This document shows positions 1 to 13,800 of a DNA stretch of 64,000 nt, piece after piece. Location: contig ML996692.1 of assembly GCA_010356995.1 (NCBI GenBank), positions 879,933 through 943,932 on the forward strand. Reading direction: 5' to 3'. The stretch comes from Trichodelitschia bisporula. Taxonomy: Eukaryota. A program made the translations under genes and the position numbers. Numbering within the stretch: position 1 is the first letter of the stretch; every line of letters starts with the position of its first letter. The notes under the pieces are model-generated. The model had not been told where the DNA came from. It saw only the letters and a program-made list of their open reading frames with translations, and did no database searches.

Positions 1-1403
1 AATGCGTTCACCGGCACCCGCTCACCCGTACTCCGCCTCGCATGCGGCCCGTTCCCGAGCCGAGCCCTCGCCCAGATCATCCACCCACAAGCGATGATCT
101 TGTCCAGACCCAACGGCCAAGGATAGGAAAGGCGCATCCAAACCCCATCTTGAGACTCCTGCACCTACTATTTTCTCCCCACACTGATATTCATCTCTCA
201 CCGGACACCGATCCCCGCGTTCCCCGCCCGAGCGCATGTATCTGGGGTTAGGTCCGGGGAAGCGGGGAATGGAGTCTTCTGCAGCCGTCCTGAATGCAAG
301 CTCCACAGGACACATGCACTAACAGTCTTGACAATCCTCACCGGCCAGAGCAGCTGCAGAGACGAAGAGATGCAGAGGGGCGCGCAACACAGGCAGCAAA
401 AGGAACGCCTCAAAGGGATAAACTTTAGCCAATATACAGGCCTAACGCCTTCCCTAAGAATCCGATGCAGAAAAAGCGGGGTTGCAGCGTGGGGGTGCTC
501 AGAGGACGCGCCGCCCGGCGACGCTGTACGTTGGTACGGTAACACTGCGAAGGTGCTGAAAGCACTAAGGGATGGGTCTCAGGCTGGACGGGCGCAGCTG
601 TGATGGGGTCAACGTGACTGCAATGCACCCCCATTGAAACACCGGGCGTCAGGTCTTACAGCCCAAGATCTAACAAAGACTTCGCCCAGCAAACTGTACC
701 TCTGTCTCAAGTGCGCCATGCCCTTGGCGAATCTTAGCTACAAAGGTTGTTGCTCCACCAAGGCACACCCGCCGGGGTCTCCGGCGCTTCTGGACGGCTT
801 CACGATCTTTATCATATCTTGCCAAGTAATTAGCTGCGGCTTCATTAGCCCTGGAGCCACTTCTTCAGAATCAAATCTGCGGGAATACTTAGGTATCCGT
901 GACCGAACATCGCATAAGCCATGATGGATTAACACGTGTGGCTTCTTTTATCGACGTTCACAAATGCAGCAACACTATGGCGGTAGTATAGGTAAGAACT
1001 TGTACTTTTGCGGCTATTAAGCATGTTGGATATAGAACCCCGAATGATAAGCACGCTCGCAAAAGAGAAAGGCTATTGTGTGCGACCGGTGCACTAGAAC
1101 CGCCAAGCAGACCCCCCGAGGCCGTGAAACCAGCTGTGACCACAGCCTCACTCCAAAACCCGACGGCAAAGAATAGATGTCATCCGAATTGACCATGAAA
1201 ACTGCAAAGGCAACCGGAAGAAACGCGGATGAAAGTGCTGTCACCGTCCCCTTATCAGACAGTTAGAAAGCGGAACCTCCCCAGTAAGGGATTCCTCCTC
1301 CGAGCATGAGCGACGACGGTTGATGGAGCTGTCATTGCCAAGTGATGTCAGCGACACCATGCCAAGCTGCGTGACGGTGCGCCGATATCCCAAGTAGGCA
1401 CCC

Positions 1404-1814
1404 TCATTCCTGCTCGATGTCGACGTAGTCCGAAGTGCCCCTGTCCCCGCCGTTGTGGACTGGGTTGAGCACCAGGAAGCGGCGGCGGAACAAGGCGCTG
1501 CCGGAGCTGGCAGTGCTGCTGGAGCGCCTGTCCTTGATGATCTTGTCCTCAGGACCGGCGGGGGTGCTGAGATCAACGGCACAGGGCTCACCGCTGAGCA
1601 GTGCAGTCGAGAGCGCCGATGTGAGCGGGCTGCCGGCGGCAGCGGTGACGGAGGGGGAACCCTTCTGCGTGGGGTAACCTGCCGACAGCACCGGAGCCAG
1701 GCTGAGGAAGATGGAGTCGCGACGGTGAGTCGGCTTCTGCTGAGGGGTGGGGATGGCGAGAAGCGAGGGGGAGTCAGCAGCAGCCTGCGTGGTCTTATCG
1801 GCGGAAGAAGTCAT
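1404..1814 (-). CDS. Small Ser-rich hypothetical protein (136 aa)
   Basis: ATG ORF after a pyrimidine-rich leader, with a TATAAAAA box at 2007..2000 on the same strand. The C-terminus RRSSS...RRFLVLNPVHNGG...DYVD resembles a small-protein tail I recall from filamentous ascomycetes. Confidence 0.7.
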   Translation of the reverse strand: MTSSADKTTQAAADSPSLLAIPTPQQKPTHRRDSIFLSLAPVLSAGYPTQKGSPSVTAAAGSPLTSALSTALLSGEPCAVDLSTPAGPEDKIIKDRRSSSTASSGSALFRRRFLVLNPVHNGGDRGTSDYVDIEQE

Positions 1815-1999
1815 TCTGGTGAGGAGAGGGGGTGAGTGTAACGCTGAGAGTGGAATTTGATGTGAAACTGAGAGGTGGTGGACGGTTGACAGAAGAGGGC
1901 GAGGTTGTTGTTATTGTTGTTGGAGAAAGATGGAGAGCGCTGATGAAGTGCGGAGGTTCGTTGGCGAAAGAAGGCAGCAGCAGAGGGTCGCGCCTGCTT

Positions 2000-2007
2000 T
2001 TTTTATA
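2000..2007 (-). promoter_or_regulatory. TATA box of the 1404..1814 gene
   Basis: TATAAAAA about 190 nt upstream of the ATG, followed by a CT-rich leader. Confidence 0.55.
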
Positions 2008-5000
2008 TCTGGCCAAGTTGGGGGGAGGGAAGGCAGGAGCGAGGCGTGGCGGGGTGATAGTAAACGTCGACCCGTGGGTGAGACACGTGGATAGGCGCCG
2101 CGCTGGATTCGAGCGGGGGGCAAAGAATTGCCAAAATCTTGTGTTTGGCAATTTTTGCTTTGTTTTCAGGCGTTGCGCGCCTTGTGCGGTGGGCGGTGTG
2201 AACTGCGTCACTACTGAGGAGGGGCTGACCGAGCAGGAGGGGCGAAGAGATGTTGTGGTGGGTAGATATCCTGGGCAGTAGGGCCGTAACGTGAAGTACT
2301 CCGTCAACTATCAGGAGTTTACCCGGCGATAATGCAAACGGGATATCCGAAGACCGAAGAGAACTTTTTCTCAATTTTTGATTTTCGATCAACTTGTCTT
2401 GCCTAAATCCTAGCTCCGGCTGAAGGGAGGAGATGATGGAATGGCGGGGGACGGAAGCGTAACTACCATCAGGATCTTGTCGCTGCGGGAAAGCATGGCT
2501 TAACTTATACTCGATTGTCGGAAAAGGAAATCAGATATGCGACCCTAGCCGTTCCCCAGGCGAACGATCCCTATGACGGCGGAGTGCGGCGATACCTGGC
2601 TTGTCATTCGTCAATGCTCGGGAGTCGACGAACTGAACTCGGGAGTGGGACTGCGGAAGGTCGTGTTTAGAGCCATGCACTATGGGACTCTGAAGTGGTA
2701 TCAAGGTAGATTTCTGGGGTAGACTGGCTTTAGCGGCGATTCCTCCCGGTGTCCCTATCACATCCGAAAGAGGGGTTGGACATTGCCTTGGAATTACACC
2801 TTCCCCTCCACCCTCTCATGCTCCTCACACTCTTCGCTCCCCTTGCCTGAAATTTGGTTTATCCTCGGTGACCTGACATTCTTTACTGAGCGTGCAGTTC
2901 GCAGCAATCATCGCGACTGATCAGCAAAATTCGCAGTTAGGCGCTGATAGTCGGACAGCTGATTAGTCCAAGGCGTATCACCAGACCCGCGGCGCAACAG
3001 GCCTCGGCGCAACCACGGGGGGCAATTGGCAATAGACAGTCACGTTGTCCACTTCTTCTTTGCCGGAGGGTTTGAGAAGCTCGAAGGAGCGCTTATTCTA
3101 CCGGCAATTTGATGGGGAAGATAGGTAGGGGGGGGTAGGGAAGGGAAGGGAGAAAAAGGCGGTTTAGTGTGGATGGCATGACAGTGAGAAGATGTTTGCG
3201 GGCGGAAGGCAGGCCTTGTATCATGCCTGCTAATCTCCCCGCATTCCCCAGATCGCGGAAATCGGGAGATTTACCAATAACAGCCCGCCGCTGCCTCCGG
3301 TACGTTTTCGGGGTATCGGGTCTGATCGGAACGGCCGCCCATAGAAAGATACCCCTGCCGGCCTCACCTCAAGTCGACTTCACGATGCCCTAAAGCCTCA
3401 CCTCATTGGCTCTCATTGACGAAATCGCTGCCAGGTACTCGTTTTCCGCCACACTCACACTGCAAGGTTTTTTGCCGCAGCTACGGTAATGGCTCGTGCC
3501 GCGAGGGTCCCACCTGTGCTGAGCTAAGGCGCTGAGAAGCTTCGCAGCAGCAACATCAAGCTTCCTGATGCGAAGCTCTTTGAGACCGCTCTCATGCCTA
3601 TCATCTCCTAGTTATATTCGAACCTTCCTTCCATGATTGACATGCAGTGGGAAGCCAGATACGCATGTTTCACGTCTGAGGTTCTCTTCTCGTCGGCTAA
3701 TCCGTCCTTGGACCCAACATGGGGCATTTGGCAATGTCACGGTTTTCGTTCTACCGGTTAAAAGTCACCTCCCGAGCCACTCGCAATCTCGGTCACCGTT
3801 TCTCTAAACTTTAGAATCCTGGGTGTCTCGGAGGCCTCGCCATAGTCCCTGCCTGAAGCTTGTGTAGTGAACTCAAGTTTGCAGGTGAAGCCGTTCTTTG
3901 CTGCCCGAATTGCAGCCCGAAAACTTCAACGGCTCGAGCGGCATCTCTCAGCACCACCACTGTTCGGATGACCCTGGAACGATGGGACATTGGGGTCGGT
4001 GGTATTGACGCCTAACAGCCCCGCAAGATCTGCAAACATATCGATAGATACGTCAAATGCGGTATGCAATGTGCCACATTTCGCCCACCGGCATTGCAAC
4101 CCGCCGCAAGATGAAGTGACACGATGCAGAGGCGGATTTCCTGCGTGTCCTTGACCTTAGACACCGTGAATCGCCTGGATGGGTACATGATCATGTATCG
4201 CTCTGTAACGCGAGCCATCGGTATTGAAGGTGGCATCGTCTCCGGCATCCCGACTGGTCCAAACGTGTACCGGAATTAGCAACGAGACATTACAGTTGCC
4301 GCGGACAAGAATTCGATTGCAGAACCAGTGACCGAATATCCTACATCTCTGATGAGCCCGCCGTGCCGTTGACATCGCGTGGAGGCTCGCCGCTCCTCGG
4401 TGCAAGTCACCTCTACAATTCAAGAAGTAATCGTCGCACTTCCTTCCCAAATACCATATACGCGTCCCTCCTGCTCGCATAGCGAGTAGCTTACAGGATA
4501 TGGGCATTTGCGTCTGCATCACGACGCAGGCGAGGAGCATTTCGGAGATAGAGGAAGGTATGAGGCTCATGGGAGAGTTCAGGCATCGTGTGTTTGTACA
4601 GTACGGTGCAAACAGGAGCCTCGGCCAAGCCTTTGAGTTTGTGCACTTTGCACATGTGTTTCGGAGGCTCCGCCTGCGCTGCCTTGTTTTGTTTGAGCGC
4701 TCGTCACTCCGTGCCCATCTGTCCTCAATATGAGGGCCTACATCCTGACCACGGTACCTGGTACGGCAGCTCGAACAGCCGACGAGTGTTCGTTCATTTT
4801 CAACTTTGCGGCTGTGTACCGTATTGGGATATCTGTGACAATCCAAGCACGGGAAGGGCTAGGAGGGCATGATATCCTAAAGCTGAAGGACTTGTAGTAT
4901 CATGGCTTGAACAAAGCCGAGTATTGCCAAATCTGTTTTCTAATATGGAGCAACCCACGCTTTCAAGCGTTCGCGCGAGAACACGATATGTGCGAGACAG

Positions 5001-8000
5001 GCAGCCGATTCAAAAGCCTAGATCCTCCCATACATTAGCAACGCATCAAGGGGCCTGGGTTCCACCACCTTTCATCTAGGTAAGAGATCTTGCATCTCAA
5101 TCCATGGTTTGGGCCACATCGTGACGAAGTTTATACAGAAACATGGTGTGACCCAGGAAAGCACCAAGGTTCACACTTCGGCAGCTCATTTCGGCGGTCG
5201 GCACCGCGTCTAGAGCAGCAACCGAAGGTAGCCGACGGGGCCTTGGGCCGTGAAGAAATTGAACGAGCGCATTACGCCGATGCCGAGTCTCGGCGCGGAG
5301 ACGTCCGAAAGCGCTCACCTGAGCGCGCTGGAGACTCCTGTAGCACGACTCCAGTAGTTACTATTCCCGGGATATGGCTGTTTGACCTTCGTGCTCGCCG
5401 GGACCGATGGCGGTAGACGCGCACGATTGCAAAACAACACTCGCGTGGAATACTCCGTTTCGAAGAGCCCGACCCGACGTGCCGGGAACGGTGTATATCT
5501 CATGATAGAGTCATGCTTGCCGAGGCGGGCGAGCAGATGCGGCACATTGGCGTACCGTCGGCGTCGGCGGGAACCAGCCGAACCTGAGACTGTTCAAGAA
5601 CTCGGTGGTTGCAGTTTCGCCTACCCTGGTGGGAAATTCGTCAGCTTCCAGGAACAGCGACTACGGTACGGTACGGGTACCTATTTCTCGTTCTAGACGC
5701 TTCGAGACTCTGGCCTAACGAGCGATGTGATCAGTCGCGACATGAACGTGATCTCTGATATGCATGTGGAAGGCGACTATGGCGTCGTGGCTGGAGCTGG
5801 TGCACGGCTGCGGAAGACTCGCGTCCACGCCGCACGGAGTGGGATGCATGCTCTAGGCGACGCCTCCCCAGGGTTCCTTCCGTCTTCCAGAGACCGCCGT
5901 TGGACGGTGGGGCAGGAACACCGTGAACGCCACTGCCTTGTTCAGCCTCAGGTCAAAAGCTCGCAAAAGTGGCCGTTTCATGTTTCTCAAAGGTCCGGGC
6001 GGGACGGACATCTTTCCGACTCCTCTTCCAAATTGCATCAGGTCTTTGACCCCAGGGAGAACAGAGGAGGCTGGACGGCCCGGATCTCGTGGTCATCCTG
6101 CTTGCTCGGAGCGCATTGTCGTCATGTCCACGACTCGTGGCAGTTATCTGTCATGAAACAGGCTGCGGCTCAATCGGAAACCGCTTCCGCTCAGTACAAA
6201 GCCTTTCGAAGCAGGCTTTCCGGCGACTTCGCTCCACGTCTCACAAACGCTGCGGTCACCGAGGCCCGGCGGCTTGCGTGCTGCTTTTCCACCCATCGCC
6301 AGTCAGACGTCAATCAGCAAGCCGGCGGGCGGGCTTTGGGAGTCGTGGAGCAACGCCGCACGACCCGCCGGCTTCTTACGCTGCTGATGAGGACCTGCCG
6401 CGGTGCATTAGGTGCTACGGCGCGTGGCTGCATTTGCGGAGTTTGTGCGAGCGGGAGCTAGCATCTTGGTGTTGTGGTGCTGTGAAGGTTGCATATCAAC
6501 TCCATTACACCACATCGAGTCCACACTCCTTGTGTTCGTAAGGTTCAGTAAACTGTCTCCAGCGCCGCCGACGGATGCTCGGGCTCTGACAGATCGGATG
6601 GCTTCGCACTTCGATTACTGATTTCTTGCCGATCTCAGCAGTCTCCAGGCCGACATCTGCGTTCCCCAAAGCTGCATTATCTCTCCAAGGCGGGTGTGCG
6701 CGGTAGCGTAAGTGAATACATGCAACCATGGTGTCGCATCTGACCAAGCGCCACACGCGGCCCGGAATGGCAAACCGAAGTTGCCACATGGCTTTCGCTT
6801 TCGCCGCAGTGCAGGTATCTCGGAATCTAACGTGATGGCCTCTAGCGGCACCTTAATGATCCCGATGGATGTGCAGTACGCTCTGCACCTAACTGCCGTC
6901 CAAGTGTTTGTGATGCACGAATGAGCGGAACAAGGGATGTAGTTCAAGAAACCCTCATGAACACCTGCTCCCTAGTGGAAGCAAAATCCCCCATCCATGC
7001 GGCATGGGAGTCGGGCGTCCACGGCGCGCGAAGCCCTGTAGATCATGTCGCCAGGGTTCCCGCGTGGATTGTTCTATGTGGCTTGCAGAAAAACTTTGGC
7101 CTTGACGATCAAACAGGAACTCAAAGATACATATGCATCAAAAGTAGAACGGGATGGAGGTAAAAAATGGAGCATGTAACGATTCGCGTCCCGGACAGCA
7201 AGACGACGCGGCAATTGAAGCAACAGGGCAACGTGCGGACTTTGCCTTTCTGCAAGCTTCGGTTTGCATGCCGATAGCCGTCATGGCGCGTGGAGCCTGC
7301 TGTGCGAGTAACGACTGCCATGTGCTAGGGAGCAAAGCGGGAGAACCTCAATACTGGAGCGCCGGCCCGCCACTTCACAGACTCGGAACAACTTCCAGCG
7401 ATGTTTGATTATTGCACCGGAGCCATTGAGACGGTTGCAGCGGTAATTCGGTAGGTAACCGGCTGCTCCAACAAACACCGGCGGCCAAGGCGCGTGCCTG
7501 CGTCCGAAAACCAATAGTATATGCGTAGTTGTTTGTGAAAATGGGAAGGTTGCGATCATTACATGTGTGGTACCTGACGATAGTTCGCAGAGCGGCGTTC
7601 GTTCGACAAGAAAAAGAGGCCACATGCTGGCAAGGCTGAGGAGGTGCCTGAGGGCGAAGCCCACGCGTGCCCCGTGTTCCATGACAGGGCGCGAAGCGAA
7701 GATCGCCGACGATCACTTCGGCGTGCGTTTCGACGGCTGCTTCGCACAGGGCATGCAGCAGGGTCCCCCATCGATAGAAAATCGAGCCATTAGGGTCTAG
7801 GGAAGACCCGGGTGTTGCAAAGGAAGAATCGCAACATGGCTCGTTGCTGCTGCTACCGCTGCTGCTCGGACCGTGGAGAGTGAAGCGTCAAGCTGCGTAG
7901 CTGGGACGGGGCGGCGGCGTAGGGTAGATGTCATGCGAGGGAGAACCTAGCAAACAGGTACCGGCCTCTGAGCCCTGCGGAAACCATGATGGCAAGCGAT

Positions 8001-9916
8001 TTTTCTCGAAGCGCGATGCAAACGAGGGGCACATCGTGGGCCTTGCAACAGGCCGAAAACGTGCATTGGCTGCAGCTTCAGACATGGGGGAGGGAAAGAG
8101 GAGAGATGCAGACAGGGAAGGAGAGTCGTAGTTGAATCGAGAGCATTGAAGGTTCGGAGAGACCGTTTACGATAATCTCGATATATCAGTATCAAGAATC
8201 CATCGCGGGTGGCCTCTGCAACTGAAGCGTTGCACTGTGCGCCTATTCCGAGCGGTTTCCGAGGGAGGTCAAGGCGTCGACGGCGGTGGTTTGCGATGGT
8301 GGAGGTGGAGGTGGGTATAGAGGGGTGGGGCCCCCTTCAGTTGACGCCTCCTAGCGACCTAAACCCCATTCAGGTCCCTTGCGCCCTCGTGGACTTGTCC
8401 CTTATGAGCTTTTACAACAGACGAGAAGTGTGTGACAAGCCGTGTCGTCTCCAACAGAGAGCCGGTGCCGGCGGGCCTGCTGTCTGCCACAACGGCATAT
8501 CCGCAATTGGGGACCAGGTAAGGGCTGCAGACAGGCAACATACACTGGACATTGGACGAGACGAAGTGCTCGTAGCTTCGCGGAAGCGCGGGCGGGACTC
8601 GGGTAGAGCATAACGCAGAAGGGTAGTTTGAATCGTGATTTGAAGGTTTGTCGTGTGGGCTGTCGTGAAGTTGCGGGGACTAGAGATAAGCGGGACTAGT
8701 AGAACTGCAGCTCGCGGCAACACACCCTCACACCCACACACCCCACACTAGACTTGCCCGCAGTTGACCAAGCGTCACCATCTTTTCTGAGGGTTGGCAA
8801 GGAACAGACGATGGAAGCGTCCCTACAGGCTGAGCATTTCATGGCCTGGACAGGCCACGGCAGGTAATCACCCACCTTCTAGCCGTCTATGGCCTGGGTG
8901 GGGAGGGGTTAAGGACGCTCCTTATCCGGATGCACTCAATCTGAAGGTGTTGCCAGTTAGTGGCAACCTGCAAGCACCTTTAGCGCTAAGCGCACACGGC
9001 AAAATAGGCCACGCCCCGGAAATGTGCCCCTAGGGCCAGCTTACTTTGTGTAGTTTGCCTATTGCTGTCGTCAGTGTGTGCGTGTGTGTTCTCAGTATCC
9101 CAAGCCAGAAGCTGCTCAAATCATCGCTTCACTCTTTAGAAACGTCCATCACAGCTTCACGGCTTTACCGGGCGCCTAACCGATGTGATGGGACCAAGCT
9201 TCTCGTTCCTCCTCTCGCCAAAAAAGTCATGGAACCATCAATAACCGCCATCGGCGAGCTGATGTCCCTCTTCCACATTTCGACTGCCTTTCGTAAAGCT
9301 GTGATTTGCCAGGCTCTCCCTGCTGCAATGTTACCGTGCAGTAACTCCGTAGCCCGCACGGCCCAGCGGGTCCCTGGTCTCGCTCTTTCTGTTGGCAACT
9401 GGTGAGAGTGAAATGTGAGGGCAAAGAGGAATGGCGCTGAAGCGCAAGGCTATTGCCGGAGCACCGCAAAAAGTTAGAGACCTGGTCCCTTTCAGAGGTT
9501 CATGAGTAGCCAACAATGGGCCATTCATCCCCGGGTCAGAGAGCATTGAAGGGCCCAAGGGCATCTCCACGTGCACGATGGATCAAAAGACTCTGAGCCA
9601 GCCTTCAATGTAGCAGAAAGAATACGCCCTTCCTCCCTAGCCATAGAACGCTAACTTGAAGGATGATTCCCCGTCGAGTTGCTGGGTGTTCTGTGGGAGA
9701 ACCTGACCGTATAGAGGTGCCTCTGGCGGCGGAGAGAAGGGAGAGGGAGACGGGTAGAGTGGTGGGGATGGGTCGACCTTGCCTTTTCCCGCGTGGGAGT
9801 GGAGTCAACGGTCAACTGCTTGTCGCACTTGATGTCGCAAACGGCAGCAATTTAATCAGGTTATCCATACAGTACTCATCATTTCGGACTCGCGAAGAGA
9901 GATCCTGATACCCTCT

Positions 9917-9924
9917 TATAAAAG
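9917..9924 (+). promoter_or_regulatory. TATA box upstream of a long C-rich leader
   Basis: TATAAAAG followed by about 790 nt of C/T-rich sequence in which I found no ATG, leading to the micro-ORF at 10712. Confidence 0.55.
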
Positions 9925-10244
9925 TATCCTCCCGCCCCCAGTCCTAGTATACGCTTTTCCTGGTCGATACTCTGCTGTCGATCGATACCAGCTCACCTCA
10001 AAAAGAGTCAATAATCATATTCTAAACGTCCCCCATCCCACTCCAAACACCACCACCTCCTCCTTCAAAACACACAACCCTCCCCACCTCTCCCCCCCTT
10101 CCCCTCACCCCCTCGCTCCACCACCCCCTCACTCTTCACTACCCCCTCCTCGCCCATACATACCTCCCCTCCCCCCCCTCCTCCTCTCGTCCCATCTTTT
10201 ACCCATCTACCTCCAAAGTTGCTTTCCTCAATCAACTATCGCCT

Positions 10245-10263
10245 ACACACACACACACACACA
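10245..10263. repeat. (AC)n microsatellite
   Basis: About 9 tandem AC units. Confidence 0.85.
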
Positions 10264-10711
10264 TAACACCTCCCCGTCGAACACTGGCCGCATCTACGTC
10301 TTCCACCTATTCGCTTCTCCAATCCCTACATCGCCCTACCACCCACCTGAAGCTTGAGCTTGCTTACTCTGTCGACTCTCATCTTACCACGCTCCGACTT
10401 TCGCTAGGACTGCCTGCAAAAGGGTCCAATTGCTTTCCCCACAGCCTGTCGGCACGTTCGCATTCACTCCCGTCAAAGCCCTAGCTCGCGCTTGCCCGCC
10501 TTTATTTGCTCGTGAAAGCGCGCTTCCTCCACCCCCGCCCCCGGATTCCACGCGAAGAAAGCGCCTTTCAATCTCGGGGTTTCCCTCGCGCATTCCCGTC
10601 TCGACTCTGCTCATTCATATTTTTTTTCTTCGAAGAGAACATCAGCTCCCTTCTACCCCATCACAACCAAGCCAGACCTCCTCTTCTCTGCGCCCCAACT
10701 TCTCACACACC

Positions 10712-10873
10712 ATGTGTCAACGAATAATACATATCTACGGATGCGGCCACCAAAACGAGAATGACTTTGTGCCATGCGCAAGTTCGAGGACACACGGCCG
10801 GCAATGTCCTACGGCCGACATAAAAATACGTTATGTCAAACACGACGAGAAGTGCGAGTATTGTGATGGATGA
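10712..10873 (+). CDS. 53-aa Cys/His-rich microprotein (MC...Y.CGH...C...C...CxxC), putative zinc binder
   Basis: CACCATG context and first ATG after the TATA box. Translation: MCQRIIHIYGCGHQNENDFVPCASSRTHGRQCPTADIKIRYVKHDEKCEYCDG. Confidence 0.65.
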   Translation: MCQRIIHIYGCGHQNENDFVPCASSRTHGRQCPTADIKIRYVKHDEKCEYCDG

Positions 10874-13800
10874 CAAGGTACGATTACTACCCACTTTATG
10901 CGACTCGCTTCTTGCAAGTTTATTTGGTCTGACCTGTTCCCCAGTTACTGTACTACCAAAGCATGCCTTCCGCGACCCTCTTTTCCTCTCGTCAAAAGTC
11001 CTCAACCCGCTGCAGCGCCTCTCTCTATTGAACGGGAGGTTCGCAGCACACGGCTCCCTCACCCATGGACCTTGTCGCAAACAGCATCGAACCGCAGGAT
11101 TTTCGCCTGACGCGGGCGTTCTACATCATTCTCTTCTTCATTTCTCGACTTTCGACATGTTTACCACGAGCAACCGGGAACCCACGTTCACGCGCGATTC
11201 GTGATATCGGTGCATAACACGGCCAACGGGGATATTTGTGGCACAACGCGAAGCATTTCCCGGCGTCCGGGAGGTTAAAAGTGCGTGCGGGGCGTTTGAG
11301 GCAGCCCAGGATCTTCCCTTTTTTCCATTTGTCTCATTTTCTTTCTCATCTCGTCGAATCTAATGGGCAAAGGGCGGCGGACAGGCGTTTTCAAGACCAA
11401 AAAGACGGGGGTTTACCTCTCGTTTCTACATCATCTGTATTATGAATCTTTTGCGTACTGGGGAACGGAGTATTGGGGGAGAGAAATGCTGGAGAGAGGA
11501 TCAAGCACGACGAGCATACGACCACAGGGAAAGCAAATTGTTTATCCCCATCACATGTCAGACGATACATGCCCCTCATCTCTCACCACATTTGCTTACC
11601 CCTCCACCTTGCCCAAGGGCGTGAATCAGGATATCTCCCAGCAACTATATCAGGTTTGGAGGACGGACCGGGAGAGGTTGAGGCCACCCCAGATATTAAG
11701 AGCTGGGACCAGACAGCAATGTGACATCGCTCTCATTCCACGCAAAGATGCCATTCGCAACTCGTTTTCATCCATTGACTTTTGCCGGGATATACTCCGG
11801 ACGTCGCGGAGCGCGGCAGTGTTGGGACACGCTCGCGAGACGTCCGCTTCGTAAGGCGGACAGACTACGTGCGTGACTTGACAGACTACTGGGGTGGTGC
11901 GCAGGACACAAGGAAGCCGTTGGGTCGTAACACAATGCGCGGAAAGGACCTTGTCAACCAACGCACACCACAGATCCTGTGGCGCCTTCGCCAATCGCAA
12001 CACCGCGTTAAGCGGCCGTTGAGCTCTTGCAGTGGCGGGTGCTACAAAGACCCGAACCGTCTGCTCACTGCTCTCCAAGTGGCCTTCTCCTCCTCCTAGA
12101 CCCCCGGTGCCAGACATCGCCCAACCAGCAAATGCGGAAGGATGACTTCGGGGAGGATCATTGGCTATTGGGGAAATGGCCGTCGGTTGATTCCGCTTGC
12201 CTCTTTTCTCCAATCTACAGATTTTTCGGGCCGCTGGTACGTGGAATGATACCTTGTTTTTGCTCTCTTTGATCTCAGTGCGGCCCGCGATCCCCAGGGA
12301 AGCAGACAGGCTGGTGATTGATTATTGGAAAACACGGATAGCTACAGCGTCGGAGCTGGGTGAATTGACGACCGACGGACCCGGATCCATGGCAAGCTGG
12401 CTGAGCGGAGGCCCACACAGTAGCCCGCGGGAACAAAGCTCTCGGTTTGTTTAAATCAGACGTTGAAAAGCTGAAGTCCAATGCTAGCCCTCTGAATATG
12501 GTTAAGCAAATTGCTGCGACGGACCGCGGGGGCCGTAAGTGCAGCCGACGGTGAAGGTTTTGGAAGGTGGGTGGTGGGGGGGGGGCGGGCGCAGTGCGGG
12601 GAGTTTTCGTTGTCCTTTTTCCCACCGGTATTCTCGTTGAGGATGCTAGAAGCCAGGAGCAAGAAGCATACTACCTAAGATGAGAGACCGCAGATGGACG
12701 ATATGACGAGGGGCAGCTTATGGCGCAATGATGATAGGGATGGGTCAATATGGCGATAAAGCTTCCGCCGTAGGCTGGTAGGAGCTGCGAGTGAGGGGCA
12801 TCTGCAAGCAAAAGCTGCCCCTCCATCCCAGTTGCTTTTTTCTCTCCATTTCCCCTCCCCACCCACTCCAGACACCGTTAGAAGGCCAGGAACGGCCCGT
12901 AACCTCAGACAGCCCCGCCAAATCTCCACGCCACCCGTTGGCTGATGATCCCGATCACCGCTTGCTTTTTTAACATCTACTTACGCAATTGCTCCAACCA
13001 GGGCTGCGGGAAAGGTAACAAAGGCGGCCGGATATGCAAGGTTCCAGCAAAAGTTGAGAAGGAGGGGGGACCGAGATGGGCAAATAGGCGACACGGAACA
13101 CCCCCAAACGTCCGCCGCTCGAGTGGGGACGTACTCTATTCCAGCCCCTCATGCACGAGGGCGCATACTCTCGGCCCTCAGGTGCTGCACGCCCTCCATC
13201 TCTTCCGCCTCCAAACCTCAAACCCCCACGCAAAGCGGGAGCAAAGGTTGGGGGTCACTCAGCCGTGCGTGCATGCCTCTCACCTCCAACATCATCCGAC
13301 TCTCCCGTTACGTCTTCCACCTGGCGCTGCTGCCTTCTGACCCTCATACGCGTTACGGCTTCGATATACAACGCTGCTCGTCGCAAATCCACTCTCTCGC
13401 CTTCAATTCCCTCATATTCGTTCTACATCATGGGTGTTCCAGGCACTGCGCTCGCTTGCAGATGGCGGTACACCGGCCGACTGGTCGTAAAGGCGAGGGG
13501 ATTACAGGCAGTGAGAGGTTGATCTTCCTCTTAGTCCCAAACTGCCATGATGAATGATCTACTTGGCCGACGTGAGCCGCTTCCACGCTTTCCGAGCCCT
13601 GTTCGTCGACCAGCTTCCCCCATGCCCATCGTCTCTTGGTAACTCGGAGGTGGACCGACCTCGATTTGAGAGCTACTCTGCGCGGTGGCGGTCCCAGCAT
13701 TGCTACCCCTCATCGTGTTAAACCTGAGTCTTTTTTAATCGGCGCCGCGCCTGATAGTCTGGAAGCGCTAGTCGAATCAGTCTCACGTGGATGTGATGGA

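Noticed and set aside
6790..6890. FRFRRSA...SNVMA...LMIPMDVQYAL faintly resembles a histone H3/H4 C-terminus
   Set aside because: Too short and gapped, with no histone-fold core or proper start; likely chance.
13531..13713. 60-aa ORF with a PPPSY (PY) motif
   Set aside because: No supportable upstream exon or other conserved feature; a single motif is insufficient.
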